A DNA stretch of 63,643 bases, counting the filler, from Choristocarpus tenellus KU-1152 (Eukaryota > Protista > Phaeophyceae), in the NCBI GenBank assembly GCA_964200185.2. It is 13 parts of 13 records of this genome, joined end to end, with 100 filler letters (N's around TTAATTAATTAA, not from the genome) between each part and the next. Parts side by side here need not be neighbours in the genome. Positions count along the whole stretch, not along the records: positions 59,221 to 63,643 come from CAXNAD020014613.1; 12 more parts are not named here. The stretch is one strand, 5' to 3'. How positions within the stretch are numbered: position 1 is the first letter of the stretch; each line of letters begins with the position of its first letter. Position numbers and translations under genes: made by a program. This document shows positions 63,516 to 63,643 of the stretch, piece after piece. The notes beneath the pieces were generated by a model that searched no databases, had not been told where the DNA came from, and saw nothing but the letters and a program-made list of their open reading frames with translations.

Positions 63516-63643
63516 GAGCGATGTGGACGTGCTCGTGAACCAGATCGTGTATGAGGAGCCCCTGATATCGAGCAACCGTAAACCCCAGCTGCGCCGCCTG
63601 GTGTACAAGCTCATTGAGAAGCTGGAGACCAACGAGCACAACG
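63516..63643 (+). CDS. Exon of an unidentified gene, truncated by window end
   Basis: CAG acceptor, then GC3-rich codons: SDVDVLVNQIVYEEPLISSNRKPQLRRLVYKLIEKLETNEHN. Confidence 0.55.

Overview
This is eukaryotic DNA, not one locus. It is 13 unrelated contig fragments joined by twelve artificial 100-bp linkers (44 N + TTAATTAATTAA + 44 N) at 5292, 8344, 11306, 16727, 19485, 26736, 30803, 35146, 41442, 44168, 49938 and 59121, so adjacency across linkers is meaningless. Intron-rich genes, interstitial TTAGGG repeats and a BBSome gene point to a flagellated eukaryote, probably a brown alga or related stramenopile (inference). Recognisable host genes are the 3' end of UTP18, a head-to-head RPS25/BBS9 pair, and a multi-exon gene fusing a Sir2/sirtuin domain in frame to a NUDT22-type Nudix hydrolase. 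The rest is mostly transposon debris: two related MITE families with Sola2-like ends, a LINE 3'-tail family, and decayed mariner, Tc1-like and Harbinger transposases. The three most interesting observations are: (1) the sirtuin-Nudix fusion; (2) a repeated, intron-containing gene that reconstructs across two copies as ParB-like domain + acidic repeat + PHD-like finger + degenerate N6A/N4C DNA-methyltransferase fold, next to a nested-palindrome and tandem-repeat block; (3) a bacterial operon fragment (serine resolvase + site-2 protease) joined to a host LINE 3' tail with twin-priming-like geometry. All family assignments come from motif recognition by eye; no searches were run.
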